NCBI GenBank assembly: GCA_965113315.1
Contig: OZ220364.1
Reading direction: 5' to 3' (one strand)
DNA length: 64,000 nt
Origin: Podarcis vaucheri
Lineage: Eukaryota
The position numbers were made by a program, and so were the translations under genes. The notes beneath the pieces were generated by a model. It ran no database searches, was not told the origin of the DNA, and worked only from the letters and a program-made list of their open reading frames with translations. This document shows, in pieces, positions 23,358 through 35,992 of the stretch (its first letter is position 1; each line of letters begins with the position of its first letter).

Positions 23358-26283
23358 GAAACCCTTTGCCTTATGTTTTCCAAGACCTTATGGACAGCTT
23401 CATACATTAATGATTTTTCTACATGGATATTGCTCTTTGTAGGCAAAATCTTGTATATCCTCATATCACACAAGGGTTCAGATGTCTATTTCAATGTGTG
23501 CATGCAGCCAAATAGACACATGTGAGTTGGTTGCACGTGATGGTGTACAGTTTTTTCTACACTGAGGTGATTTTCATATCGGGAAATTGTCATGCATATA
23601 GAAGCCTTATGTCTGGTATTAGCCAGTCCTTTGAGAATATTGTAAAAAATTATATTTGGGGTGGGATTGTTATTAACACTACTGATCTTATAATATTATA
23701 TGTGAAAAGCAAAAATCCCTCTTCCAGTATCTGACTTTCTGAGAAAAGCAGCTGGGATTTAAATAGGTTAGGAGGGAGGTGCAGTGGTATAAAGGGAGAG
23801 AAAGAGATAAATCACAGCCTGGCTCTGCTACCAGCTTACACTGCACTTTCTTTTTCAAGAGCTTCGCTGGACAGGTCCCATGAGATATCTCTACGGAAAA
23901 ATGAGTGAAATAATTAGAGCAGCATCTCCACTAGGGATGGGCAGGAGGGAGGGCCTTTACTGGGCTTCTCTATTTCATGCAGTAATAAGAAACCTTTGTG
24001 CTGGGATGAGGATAAAATCAATAGAATACATCCCAATAACCAAAGGACCCCCCCCCCTCAGCTTTATGCTAGCTGAACATAAGAATAACCTGGCCCAGGG
24101 TGGGCATCCAGCACCAGTGTCATACATCTTGGGATGCTAAAGGAGTTCAGTTTCTGTACATTCTGGTGCAAACTGACCTGATACATACCTGCAGGCCTAA
24201 TGTGTGGACTGAAACAATTTCACACTTTTCCAAATAGTGCAATGTAGCTCTTGGCTCAATGATGCACCAAAATGCATTACAATGTTCATTTTAGAGTAAA
24301 GTACATATAAACGTGTAATTTTGACATAAAATAAGTTTTACTCAAAGTAGACCCATTAAAATAAAATAAGCATGACTGTTATGTCTATTAATTTCAGGGG
24401 GTCTACTCTTGAGTAAAACTTAGTTGAATACCATACCACTATGTATTTAAATACAACTTCTAGTGTGGATTCAAAGATCACTGATTAATGTGGAAACAGG
24501 TCAAAAGATGTGTCAACAGATATGGATGAAAACAAACAAAAATTGATATGGACCAGGAACAGACTGAACTATGTACATTTGGGACTATTAATACCCAGTA
24601 AGATAGCATGTAACTGGCCAAAGTGAAGGCCATCTTCACTACCAAAGCAAAGAGTAAAACCTGTTAAAGGGCATGTCAAGGGAGGTATTAACATGATTTG
24701 GACATATCTTAATGGTTGAATTTTGTTTTTATTCCCATTTCCTGTGTTTAATGAGCTGGGACCTCTGCAGCTTATTGACTACATGGCATCTCCATGCACC
24801 CTGGTGATTTCCCCCTTTTCTTTCAGACTGTCTAATGTGGATACCAAAACAATTTTGGCTTATTTTTGTTTGTGGCTCCTATTCTGAAAAGGAATTTTCC
24901 TGCACAAAATTGAAAAAAAAAAGCTTTACATATAGGCAAATATTCAGTGATTTAAAAAAACCCTGCTAGTTTAAGATCAGAGTTAAGATGTTGTCCTTGT
25001 CCTGTGTTGCCTTATGAAGCCTATGGCCCTTAATGTATTGCTAGAGGACTCATGTCAGTTTGTGGCTTATATCATAGCTAGCAGGATGGGTTAAAGAGTA
25101 GCAGAGTGGGGAATCCTCTGATGCACTAGGGGTGAGACTGGTACAGTACTGCTACCAATGACTTTGGGCATGGGGTGTGCAGATCTCTTTCCTAGCACCA
25201 TTACAACGGAAGATTATACCAAAAACAGTAAAGCAAGTTTTGGAAATAATCCAGCTGTTTCATAGATTTTAAAGAGGCAACAAGAAAAGGAACGGGTTTC
25301 TTAATTATTTATATTTCAGTGCATATGTAGGCCAGTGCCTCTTCCCCTCTAAAAAAGCTCTCATGGGAACTTACAGAGAATATCAAGTTAGATAAGGGAG
25401 CTTACAAATCTTAGTCCACGCATATTTTCTGTTGCAAAGTGATATTCAGAGTGTGCAATCTGAAGCAAAGCAGTTGTGTTCTGGAAGAGGGAATTCAGTT
25501 GCTTCATAAGGCACCACAGGACAGCATGAGGCATCTTTGCTGTTCACAGGAATTCCAAACTCCCCATATGGATTTGGGCCTGAATGACCAAGGAAAAGTG
25601 TATGTGCATGGGGAATAAGTTGTAAGCAAGCGCAATTTGTACATCGCACAACATCATTCCTGATCATGAGGTTCATCTGTTAAGGCATCAGCCTTAGCTT
25701 CCAGTTTCCCAGCTTTGCAGAGCTTGAGTCAACACGAGCCAGCCCTAACTCTAATCTTAAACCAGCAGGTTTTATGATTTAATTTCACAGGTTTTTAAAA
25801 AGAAAATGTATTAAAATACTGGAGTCTGCTAAACATAAAAGTAGTTGTTTTGTAACTATTAATTGTTGGATATAATTGGCAATTCTCCATTATGCACTTT
25901 CATTCATACTCTGAACTTTATACTGCACTGCAGCCTGTTATGAAGAATGTACAGTACCGGTATTTAGCAAACTGAAATGCAACTCGCAGTGTTACAAAGC
26001 TTGGTCTAGAGCCTGACAATTTTAAACTGCTAACCACATGGCATCTTATTTTCAAAGTAAAAAAGAAAGAAAATGAAGACTTTAGGTACCATTATGTTCA
26101 GTAGGCTATCATAGAAAAATCTGACCTGGATCTGTCGAACCTACAAACCAATTGACAGGGGCATGCTGCCCTCAGGATAGTCTATGCTCCTGCTCTTTCA
26201 GGATCTGTTAAACACACACACACACTCTCTCTCCCACACACACCCATATTTATCTTTAACTGTGCAATGTGTGCAATTGGATA

Positions 26284-26548
26284 TGTTATATACTGAAGTT
26301 CTCACCCTGGGCCAGCAGGGGGATACTGTAGATAGTTTTCACTCAGGTCCGCATATGCAAATAAGGAATTGAAAGTGACATTCACTGATTAGATAGTTAC
26401 AGAAAGTTGTTACTGTTGCTTTGTAGTTGAGCTCTCTATAAGCAGGTTGGCTGAACCCTTCAGGTTCAGTTCTGTTCTGGCCTGTGAATAAACAAGAGCT
26501 GTCTGAAGAATCACTGTGTCATCTGATATGTTCACCCACAACTTAACA
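26284..26548 (+). mobile_element. short solo LTR (265 bp)
   Basis: TGTTA...TAACA termini; perfect 5-bp TSD GGATA; TATAA near 26436; AATAAA 26487-26492. Confidence 0.88.
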
Positions 26549-27086
26549 GGATAGATGTGCCTCTTCTACGTTTAGAAAGATTTGCTGTTCTGAGTGAACT
26601 TGCACAGGCTTACAGTATACCTCATTGTTTTACTTCCCTACCTTCTGGCAAACTAACTCCCTAAGGCCTCAGAAATTACCTCCATATTGCTTCAGTTGTC
26701 ACTTAACTGCCGCCCCTCCCCCACATGAGAACAGTGCTGGACATGCTTGACCTCTGTGGTAAACAGCTTCCATTGGCCTGAAGGGACTTTGTACCTATAT
26801 ATATATTTTTTAAAAAAAATATCTTTTACTATTGCTGGCTATTCACCAAAAAAAATCCAATTCTCAGCAAAAACAACATTTTGGAGCCTGTATCAATAAC
26901 AGAACAACATGGCTGCCATAGCTGAGCCTGCTTAGTCACAAAATGACCACCAAGAGACCCCTGTCCCCATTCCCCTCCAATAAATTCCTGTTCAATTGAT
27001 TCCCGAGCCACACCTTTCCTCTCCATCAGAAAACTCATCCCCACGCTCTTTCTCTCCTATAGATAGCAACTGTGGCAGTGTAATCT

Positions 27087-27402
27087 CATACCCTCCAACA
27101 TTTCTCCGATAAAAATAGGGACGTCCCATTCCATAATGATGATTTTACCATTTGTACCCCACACATCCTACTGGGTTGCCCCAGCCATTCTGGGCAGCTT
27201 CCAACATATATAAAAATAATAATTAAACATTTTTTAAAAATTACCTATACAGGATTGCCTTCAGACGACTCGGGGGTTGGATAACTCCATACCCTCCAGT
27301 GAAAATAGGGAAAAGTGGGACATTGCAGGAACAAATCAGAAACCGGGACAGCTTCTCTAAATCAGGGATGTCCCTGGAAAATAGGGATACTTGGAGGGTT
27401 TG
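27087..27402. mobile_element. non-autonomous DNA transposon containing an L2 3'-UTR fragment
   Basis: TIR CATACCCTCCAA / TTGGAGGGTTTG; internal 27150-27265 resembles 1589-1706. Confidence 0.55.
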
Positions 27403-28534
27403 TAAACTTGTGAAACACATGACGTTTGTTTAATCCAGTGGTCATCAAGTTCTTTGCATCTGGGGACATAGTTGGAATTTTGTGAAGGTGTTGAGGGCAC
27501 CAGTCACAAAATGGCTGCTGCCAGGGTGGTGGCCTAATGCAAAATGGCTGCTCCCTCCTCAACAGCAGGATTGGAGCAAACGGCCAGGACAACTGCAGAG
27601 GAGGCAAATTTTTGCTCTGCTTTTGCTGCTGCTCCCTAAAAATGGAGGAGAGATACTGAACTATCACTGGAGGACACCTCCCCCACACACATTGATTTAC
27701 ATCAACTGGCCTTGCCACAAGGTTTCTGGGCAGAGTGGGGAGATTAAACAAAAACAAAATACAGCCTAGTTAATATGAATGATCTTTGGGCCATGGAGGG
27801 ATGTGTTAGTGTTGAGTTGTTGTTTTTTAATCTGATGTTTAGGGGGTGGGAGAGTTGTTTTGTTTGTTGTTAGTGTTTATTGTTTTTGTTTTTCCAATAT
27901 GTTGTATGGGATCAGTGTAAATGTGGCACTTTTGTAGAGCTCATCAGGTAAATCGTGTATGTCAAATTCCAAATCATTAGCCCACCAGTTGCTATTTTTA
28001 TAAGCTATAAAATGTTTATGCATGTAATCACAGAACCTTGTTTTTGCTACTCTAACTATATGCCCCAATAAATCAGCCCTTTTCTAATAGCAACATCAGA
28101 AGCCAAAGGACAGCTGTAACTCCCATGGAGATAGGATGTTACACATGCAGATGCTTTTTATGTTTCCGTTAGCATCTTCCACAGATAACAATGGTTACAA
28201 TAGGAACTCCATAAGGTGGTAGTAGAGTAAAACACAATTCGAAATTCTGACCCTCATTACAGATCAGTAAGGCTGTAGTATCTCATAAAAGATGGAGAAG
28301 TGACCAGAATGCAGTATGGATTACTTTATTGATTCTAGATAATATAATAGTCTTTAATCTGTCATTTGTTGCTTTGAACCTTATCTCCTGCATGCTGCTG
28401 ACTAGATTGTGTTTAGAGACAAAATGGAAGCCAAGGTCTGCCTTGGTCACGAGTTTGGTTAGGATTTATGACTTCAGAGATGTGGTGAGACCTGAACTAT
28501 ATTTTTAATTCCTTTATGTCATTTCTCCCTTTAG

Positions 28535-28594
28535 GTTCTCCGTTACTTTGACTATGTCTTCACAGGTGTCTTCACCTTTGAAATGGTTGTTAAG
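28535..28594 (+). CDS. CACNA1A: exon 23 (IIIS2: [20 protein letters not shown])
   Basis: ctttag| / |gttagt, 60 nt. Confidence 0.96.
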
Positions 28595-29593
28595 GTTAGT
28601 AATTGGGGAACTGGGCTTGAGCCTGTGATCTCATGACATTTTGGTAGTGTTTGGAACAGAGAACTTGAAGCTGCAGGGCAGAAGTAGAGCTGGGCCGAAG
28701 GTTTGTGAATCAGTATTTGGGGAGCATGAGAAACAAATGTCCCTTGGAGGAATCGCTCAAAAGAGCCTTTTCACACCTCCTTTCCCATTTAGTAGTCCAA
28801 CAGGCACACATATCTTTCTTAGCTTGCCCAGGTCGAGTGAAAATTCCAGAAATAAGATATTCTCTTTCTTTCTTTCTTATAATGAATATACTGCTTAATA
28901 TTTCAAAAATCTCTAAGCAGTTACGATTAACTACTCTGTCAAAATACAATATGGATTTGAATACTTCCAAACCATTCTTACCCTCAGAAAAAAACAACAA
29001 CAGTTGTACATGGACACAGTTATGAACAAGTAAGGGTATGTGTGCCTCAAACCAGAGCTTTCAGAAACTAAACTCTGCCACTCTGCCTCCTGTACAGCCA
29101 GCACTCTAATTCTTCAGCAACCCTAGCAAATTAAGAGTTAAACTACATGCTATAATTATTGTGTGGTGTGCAGCTACATCTCTTTGTCTTAAATTAATTA
29201 TAGCCCTAGGGGTGGATTGTTAATGTGATCGCACCATGCACAGAGAGGAAATCTATCCCTTTCCTCCATACCTACAACTCCCTCCCTGCAAAAAATGTCC
29301 CCACTACAGTTATAAAGCATAGTATAAAAGCATCGTAGCAGGGGAGGGGGGCAGTTTTCGGGAGAAGGTTGTGGCTAGGAAGGGAAAGGATAAACCTTCC
29401 CTTCCTGCATGCTGCAGTCACAATAACAATTGCCCCCATGACCAGAATTGTAAGAAAAACAAGAGACAGCCTAGAGCAGATCTCTGCTGGGGCTTGACTG
29501 AACACTTAAGACAGACGCACACAAGTTTAGATTCACTGGTGAGGAAATGTACAGACATGGTGACACTGACAGATATCTAGAGCCTAATTCATA

Positions 29594-29818
29594 TACCTCG
29601 GGTTACAAACACCTTAGGTTACAAACACTTCGTGTTACAAACTCTGCTAACCCAGAAGTAGTACCCCGGGTTAAGAACTTTGCCCCAGGATGAGAACAGA
29701 AATCGCACGGCGGCAGCAGGAGGCCCCATTAGCTAAAGTGGTACCTCAGGTTAAGAATGGTTTCAGGTTAAGAACGGACCTCCTAAACTAATTAAGTTTG
29801 TAACTCGAGTTACCACTG
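29594..29818. mobile_element. second copy of the 11002-11243 MITE family, left TIR truncated
   Basis: shared CCCCATTAGCTAAAGTGGT and GGATGAGAACAGAAATCG; ends TACCACTG-TA. Confidence 0.85.
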
Positions 29819-31267
29819 TATAATATGTTAGCCACTTGAAAGCAGAGCCAAACTGAAACATTTTCACCCTGGAAGCCATTTGTGTGAAGTGTCCTCCTAG
29901 AAAGTTACAAAAATTTCAAATGTGCTAGCATATTTCCTTGAGGGCACTGAACTGCGCCTAAGAAAGCAAGGCATTATTCCCCAAATGTGGTTATTATAGT
30001 GAAGAATATTGTGTTTTCATGCTGCAGCTTTACAAGCTAAAGTGTGCCGTAGTTCACACTGCTGGCTTCTCTTGAGGCTACCGCGGATTGATTGTGTGAC
30101 AGGCTTTTTTCACTTCACTTGGGAACTAAGATCTGCTGAGTTGAGTGCTAAGACAGAGCAAGATCTGGACTAAAAGCTGGTTTGTGCAAATAGGTAGCAT
30201 GAGATACTATTAACTATTCCTAAAATGAGGTATTCCTAGAATCCACCCAGACCAGAACACCTTCATTAATTAAATTTCCCCTCCCCTCTGTAATCTCATT
30301 TTTTATTTCTATATCTATTTGTTACACTCATCATTCTTAACTGCATTTTGTATGTACTTGTGTCAACCATTCTGTATGAAAAATGACAAAATAATTACAA
30401 AAAGTATTTAATGTATCAGAACAATTAGTAAATTTATAAAGAATAAAAAATAAGTTTTTTCTATCCTGACCAGGCATAATGGTTAAATCCCTCTCTTTTA
30501 GAACTATCCTAATATTATTACCTATACCTTCGTTTGTTTATTCGTTCGTTCATTCATTCCCTCTCTAACACTCACACACCTAATTCCCTCCCGCATTTTT
30601 ACTCAACTCCTCACACTCTTTCAGCTGCCATTCACAACGGACACTGCTAGACCTGTCATTCATTCTGACTCTAGCTAGCATTCCATCACATCCCCCTGCT
30701 GTCAATTGTTCTCCCACTCACCTGTCTATTACAACTGTCTTTCATGTTTGCTGACATAATGGTTGCTCCATGCCCTTATCGTAACTCCCAGGTCTCTTAC
30801 TGAGGGGAATATATTTCATTTGGTTGACAGCCCTAAGCATACTTTTCCCCCTTCTGGCTTCCCATTTCTGTATATACTCTCTCAAGCCAGAGGATTTTCT
30901 TGTAGTTGTGACTGAGGACCACTAGATGACACCATAGCGCCTTATAGGTTAACTTCCACCACAATTCATCCTCGCTTCCACTTGTCCCATGCCAATATAA
31001 AGCATGGGTCAGAGCGGTTTTCCACTCACCCCATGTTTTCTAGGTACAGGTCAGAGTGGTTTTGCCTTTGCCCTTCCACTTTCCCCTGGAAAACCCATGC
31101 TTTAGAGCTAAATCAAAACAAACAGCTATCCATGGAAAGCCTGATTTATGATTCAGTGCTAAATCACAAGTTTCCCTGGGAGAAAGCAGCAGGGCAATTG
31201 GAAGTGTGGATAAGTCTCGCTGAAAATCAATGGGAATTATTTGAGTAAACATGGTTAGAATCATACA

Positions 31268-31441
31268 GGGGAAGGCTGTAGCTGAGAAAGGGCCATAGCT
31301 CATGCATTGCATGCTCCAAATCCAATCCCTGGTGTTTCCAGACAGGACTGTGAGTTACTGAAACCTTGTTAGTCATTATCAATAACACTGAGCAAGATAG
31401 ACCAATGGTCAGATCCAGTATAAGGCAGCTTCCTATGTTCC
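31268..31441 (+). mobile_element. tRNA-derived SINE, same family as 497-679
   Basis: head GGGCCATAGCTCA, tail CAGTATAAGGCAGCTTCCTATGTTCC. Confidence 0.6.
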
Positions 31442-32294
31442 ATTAGGCTGCAAGAGCTTTTCCAGGCATTAGTTGTTTTTCATTCAGCAGTTCTTTGTGA
31501 GCTGCTTAATGGGTTCAAGAAGGGAAAGGTCTCACTCTGCATTCACTTCTGAGGCTCCCAGGTGCATGCTTCCCACATGACTGCATATATTTTTTCTCTT
31601 TTAACATTACAGAAAATGTGTGGTTGGTACATAGTAAAAATGCTAGGCTATATGTCTTTTTACTGCAGCATTTGAAGTGGCTCTGAATTTAAAGCATGCT
31701 TTACAGAGTGGCATAGTGAAAGATTTGCCTACAAGCAGCAGTATGTGTGCTGCAGAATGTTTTCATACACTCTGGATTCTGTGATGTGGGGTTTGATAAC
31801 TCCAGTATTGCATAGATCCCATCTCTGCCCAGTCAGGATTCCTGTGACAGCAGCACCATTAAACATGTGGGGAGAGATTATGTCATGGAGGAAATTGTGT
31901 GTACAACACATCCAGAAAAACAATCAGTGTTTCAGACTGTGTTGTGCCAGCACAGCTCTCAAGATTCATAAAAACCAGATTTAGTCTTTGAATTGGGCAT
32001 GAAGTATCCTTTGTTTGCTATTTTCTGCATTGCCTATGAATACTAGAGCAGCACCTCTGGTCTGTTCTTAGCATTTTCATTTTCATGCAAGTCACTTCCT
32101 TTTTTTTTTTTTTTTGGCCTTGATCTCCTACTTTGTAAAATGAGCCCAGCAAGACTGACCTCCGTCATTAGAGTGGAATTATGGAAACAATAGTAATTGA
32201 CACTAGGGGACTGGGGATCTCAAAATTATAGTAATCAAAACCATGCATAGTGCCTCAAGAACCCTGTGTTTCTTTGCTTTGGTTAATTCTTCAG

Positions 32295-32401
32295 ATGATT
32301 GACTTAGGACTGATCCTTCATCGAGGCGCTTATTTCCGGGACCTGTGGAACATCCTGGATTTCATTGTGGTCAGTGGAGCATTGGTGGCGTTTGCCTTCA
32401 C
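32295..32401 (+). CDS. CACNA1A: exon 24 (IIIS3: [36 protein letters not shown])
   Basis: cttcag| / |gtaagt, 107 nt. Confidence 0.96.
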
Positions 32402-33194
32402 GTAAGTTTCTTTAGGGAGCCATAGTGCTTTCTTTCTTTTACCTCTTTCTGCAGAAAGCACAGCTCATTCCCTTCTCCTGGAAAAGACTCTTGTTGAAGC
32501 TTGCTGCATGATTGGTCTGCTAACAGTTGTCAACACATAGGCAACTTGGCCCTCCTGCCCATTCCCTCATCACAATCCCTCTTCCGGTGCTGCCATAAGC
32601 CTTCCTAGAGCATGGACACTCCAAATCTGTGTGCTCTCCCCTTGGCTTGGGATGCTCCTTGCATGTGGAGTTTTCCCCAAGGGCCAACTATAGGAATGGC
32701 AGACTGCCCCTGTTTCTTTTCAGACTCCTTGTAAGTTTCAGGTTGTGGGAATCCGAGCCATAAATTCCGAAAAATGATCTCCTATGTTGCACTGAATGGA
32801 TATATCAGGATGCAAAAAGGCCAAGAGGCTGGCATGGCTAAGATTTTTTTTCTCAGTGATAACAGAAGCATACATCATTTGTAGAGAGGCTCCACTATTT
32901 CCTGTTCAAGTTAAGAGACAGAGCTGATTAAATGTAAAACCAACCTACATTTACAATACCACATTTAGGGTGTGTCAACATCAGTTCATAGTTCGTCATC
33001 AAAATATAGGGTGAGAAGCTCATGTGGTCTGCTCTTTCTGATTTGTCCCTTGTACATTTGCAATACAGATGCTGTGAGATGCATAGCACCAAAATGGGTT
33101 GGGTTTAATAAGAAGAATAAAATATGGTTCAGGCCCTGAGTTCTAAAGTGCCTTATGCTGTATTCACACACTTTAGAAAAGAAATGTGAACTCA

Positions 33195-33335
33195 CACATT
33201 TTAGAAGACATCTGAAGGCAGCCCTGTTTAGGGAAGCTTTTAATGTTTAACAGACTATTGTATTTTAATATTTTGTTGGAAGCCACCCAGAGTGGCTGGG
33301 GAAACCCAGCCAGATGGACAGGGTATAAATAACAA

Positions 33336-33385
<50 letters not shown>
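33195..33385 (+). mobile_element. L2-type LINE 3' end with (ATT)n tail (33336-33385)
   Basis: reverse complement of 1590-1720; AGAAGACATCTGAAGGCAGCCCTGTTTAGGGAAGC. Confidence 0.8.
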
Positions 33386-34513
33386 CAAGTTTAATTTACT
33401 CTAAAACAAAGAAAATGAGGTTATGTTCTTAACAATATTTCTAATAATATCAGCAAAAACCTGAGTTGATAGTTTACTTTTGGCTCAAATTAGGGAGGGG
33501 ATATATTTTGCTTTCCTTTTATTTTCAACTCCCCCCCCCCCCCCGCTACCAGTTTTGCAGGGTTGATATCAAATTATATACTTTTTATTTTAAAAAAATA
33601 TTTTTATTGATTTTCCAATATAATTCCAATAGCAGCCTCACTATAATAACAGTATTCTTCATATCGAACACATTCCTTTGTGGATAATGGAGGTTAGGGT
33701 GGATTTTGCTCTTCTCACCCCCTTCCCTCTCAGTTCCTTTCTCTCACACACACAGTTCCAATTTTGTTAAATTCCATTTATATTTCAATTTCTTCCATCC
33801 TCCCTTGTTCTGATATTTTTAAATAAAACTTGCATTCCAGGGAGGGTTGCCATATCAAAAATGAAGAGAAAAACTACAAATAAGCAAACCACCACGAATG
33901 CTATTTAGTCCGGAGAGGAAGAGGGAATCAATAAATATTTTACTCCAAGCCTCAGCCTTTGTAGCAACTAAGGTTTACAGCCAGCTGTTATTGTAGGATT
34001 CCTGCCACTGTAGGTCACATCCAAGCAGCCAAGAGCTTTCCAGCTGATCTTCACATCCTTCAGTTTTCCTGGATGTATAGAGATGGTCCCAGTTCTCCAG
34101 AGATGGCGCTAACTCTCCCTGCTCAGTTGAAAATTTTGTCAGGTAACCTGATGGTATCTCACGCTCTTTAGAGATACTTAGATAAAAGTGGCTGCAGACA
34201 TGATCTGGTGCTCTTGGGCAGTGGCAGGGAAACATCTGTTACAAATTCCAGCCTCCTGTCTCCTTCACCCACAGAACCTTATGCAAATTTTGAAACTTAA
34301 TGCTTCTTACAGAGCCTTATGCATTAAAGGGGTAATACACACCCTACATTTAGTTTGGACAAATACCACCGTCCTTGATCATTTCCCTTCCATCTTCAAA
34401 TTATCAGAGTTTCCCTCATTTCTTTGAAAGAAAAAGAACCTGATTTTGCTCAAATTTATCCATTCACCATTTGCTACTTTCTTCTGCTTGTTACTTTGTT
34501 ATGCATTTTTGTG

Positions 34514-34522
<9 letters not shown>

Positions 34523-34555
<33 letters not shown>
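34523..34555. repeat. (TA)n microsatellite
   Basis: direct reading. Confidence 0.95.
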
Positions 34556-34558
<3 letters not shown>

Positions 34559-35879
34559 AATATTTTTTATTAATTTTCAATTAATAATATTCCAGTTGGT
34601 AACAAATCAAATCAAATCTTGCCACATCATACCATAATGTGAATTATACATCCAAAATAAAAAATAAAAATTTCAAGGGAGCTTCCCATATTCTGGATGT
34701 CTAGAGAAAGTCTCTTTCAGTTGTTCCTACGTTCGTCTCTCTTGTATTTCCCCCAGTTTCATCATTCCGATCTTAACATCTTCTTCCAATCACTGGTGTG
34801 ATTCTATCGCGATTCATAAGTCTGTTCAAATGCGAAGCATTTCCCCTGTGTTGTTCTTCTTTAAATGATTTAAGCATAGTCATCCCAATTGACCCTTCCT
34901 TCATCCCAGTTTTATCTTTGTTTTCCAATGCTCTGAGCACTCTTCCAACTCTTCTTTAATTAGTAAGATTTGTGGCACAGCGACCTTCCAGGTCTTTTAA
35001 CCAGTTGTTGCTCGAAATACAAATTTTCCGTAGAAAAACAATGCCGCAGGCTGTATCTCACAGTTTCAGTAATTATTTGTTGATTGTTGTTCCTCTGGGA
35101 TCCAAGCCAGCTCCCCCTGGGCCCTGGAGGGGAGCAAGCCACAAATCACAAATTCACCTTCACAAATTCATCCAAGTATAAAGATAGTCCATGCAGGCAA
35201 AATGCAGTTTTTGCGTGAGATATTCCCAGTCCATTGAATGTCTTTTGCTTCCCTAAGAGGAGTTCATTTATTTTCCTTCTGCATCACAACCGCCACAGTC
35301 ACCGTCATATTTCTCAACCCGAGCCTTCTTCTTATCAAATCTTTATTTTTGCCTTGGGGCTCTCCGCAGATGGCTACGCAGCCAAATATCAAATTGATTT
35401 AACAGTTCCTCCCACATTTCTTTTGAGTAATTAATTCTTTCTTGGTGAGGTTCACCAAAGTAGCAAATGAGAAATAAAAGAGAAAGTCGCTCACCCCTCT
35501 TAAATCAAAGCGCAGTGATGAAAGTCCACACCTTGGCATCCAGTGATTGTTTTGTTTAGCAGGTCTTTTTTATCTCCTTTCCAGAACACGCCTGGTTCTT
35601 AGTCCGAATTTTAATGATTTTAGGAAACAGGGATCTCCCACTCATGGCGATGACTTTGGAGAGTTGCCAACTCATACAGTGCTTGCACCCAGCATCCCTG
35701 CCCCCGCATTCTGTAGCGAGCAGCAGTTATTGGACGAACTGCGGGTGACAGCCAGTCCCCCCCTACCCTTGGGGGGATCGGCAGGGCCAATTACCCCCAT
35801 ATTAACCCTGAAAACCTGAACGATTGGGGTCCAGTGTTCTGGGAAAGCAGCCAACGGCCATGACAGAAAACCGGAAGCT
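34556..35879 (-). mobile_element. L1-like non-autonomous retroelement about 1.3 kb (degenerate)
   Basis: minus strand starts GCTTCCGG...CATGGCCG with a CpG-rich 5' part; A-rich body; ends TTGAAAATTAATAAAAAATA. Confidence 0.5.
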
Positions 35880-35937
35880 GGTTTGTGTTTTTATATTGTA
35901 AACCACCCTGTGATCTTTGAATGAAGGGCAGTGTAGA

Positions 35938-35990
<53 letters not shown>
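35938..35990. repeat. (AAT)n microsatellite (LINE tail)
   Basis: direct reading; preceded by L2-like TTGTAAACCACCCTGTGATC. Confidence 0.93.

Positions 35991-35992
<2 letters not shown>

Noticed and set aside
30919-30932. CTCF-like motif CCACTAGATGACAC (also CCACTGGGGGGCGA at 16323-16336)
   Set aside because: Imperfect single matches are expected by chance in 64 kb; unsupported without ChIP data.
33173-33388. Poly-Ile ORF, and similar poly-Leu (35802..36032) and SFFL-repeat (40875..41152) ORFs
   Set aside because: Translations of (ATT)n, (AAT)n and (CTTT)n microsatellites.
33585-34430. Possible degenerate L1 3' region on the minus strand (ORF 33975..34235)
   Set aside because: Only an A-rich tail and composition suggest it; boundaries and identity cannot be fixed by eye.
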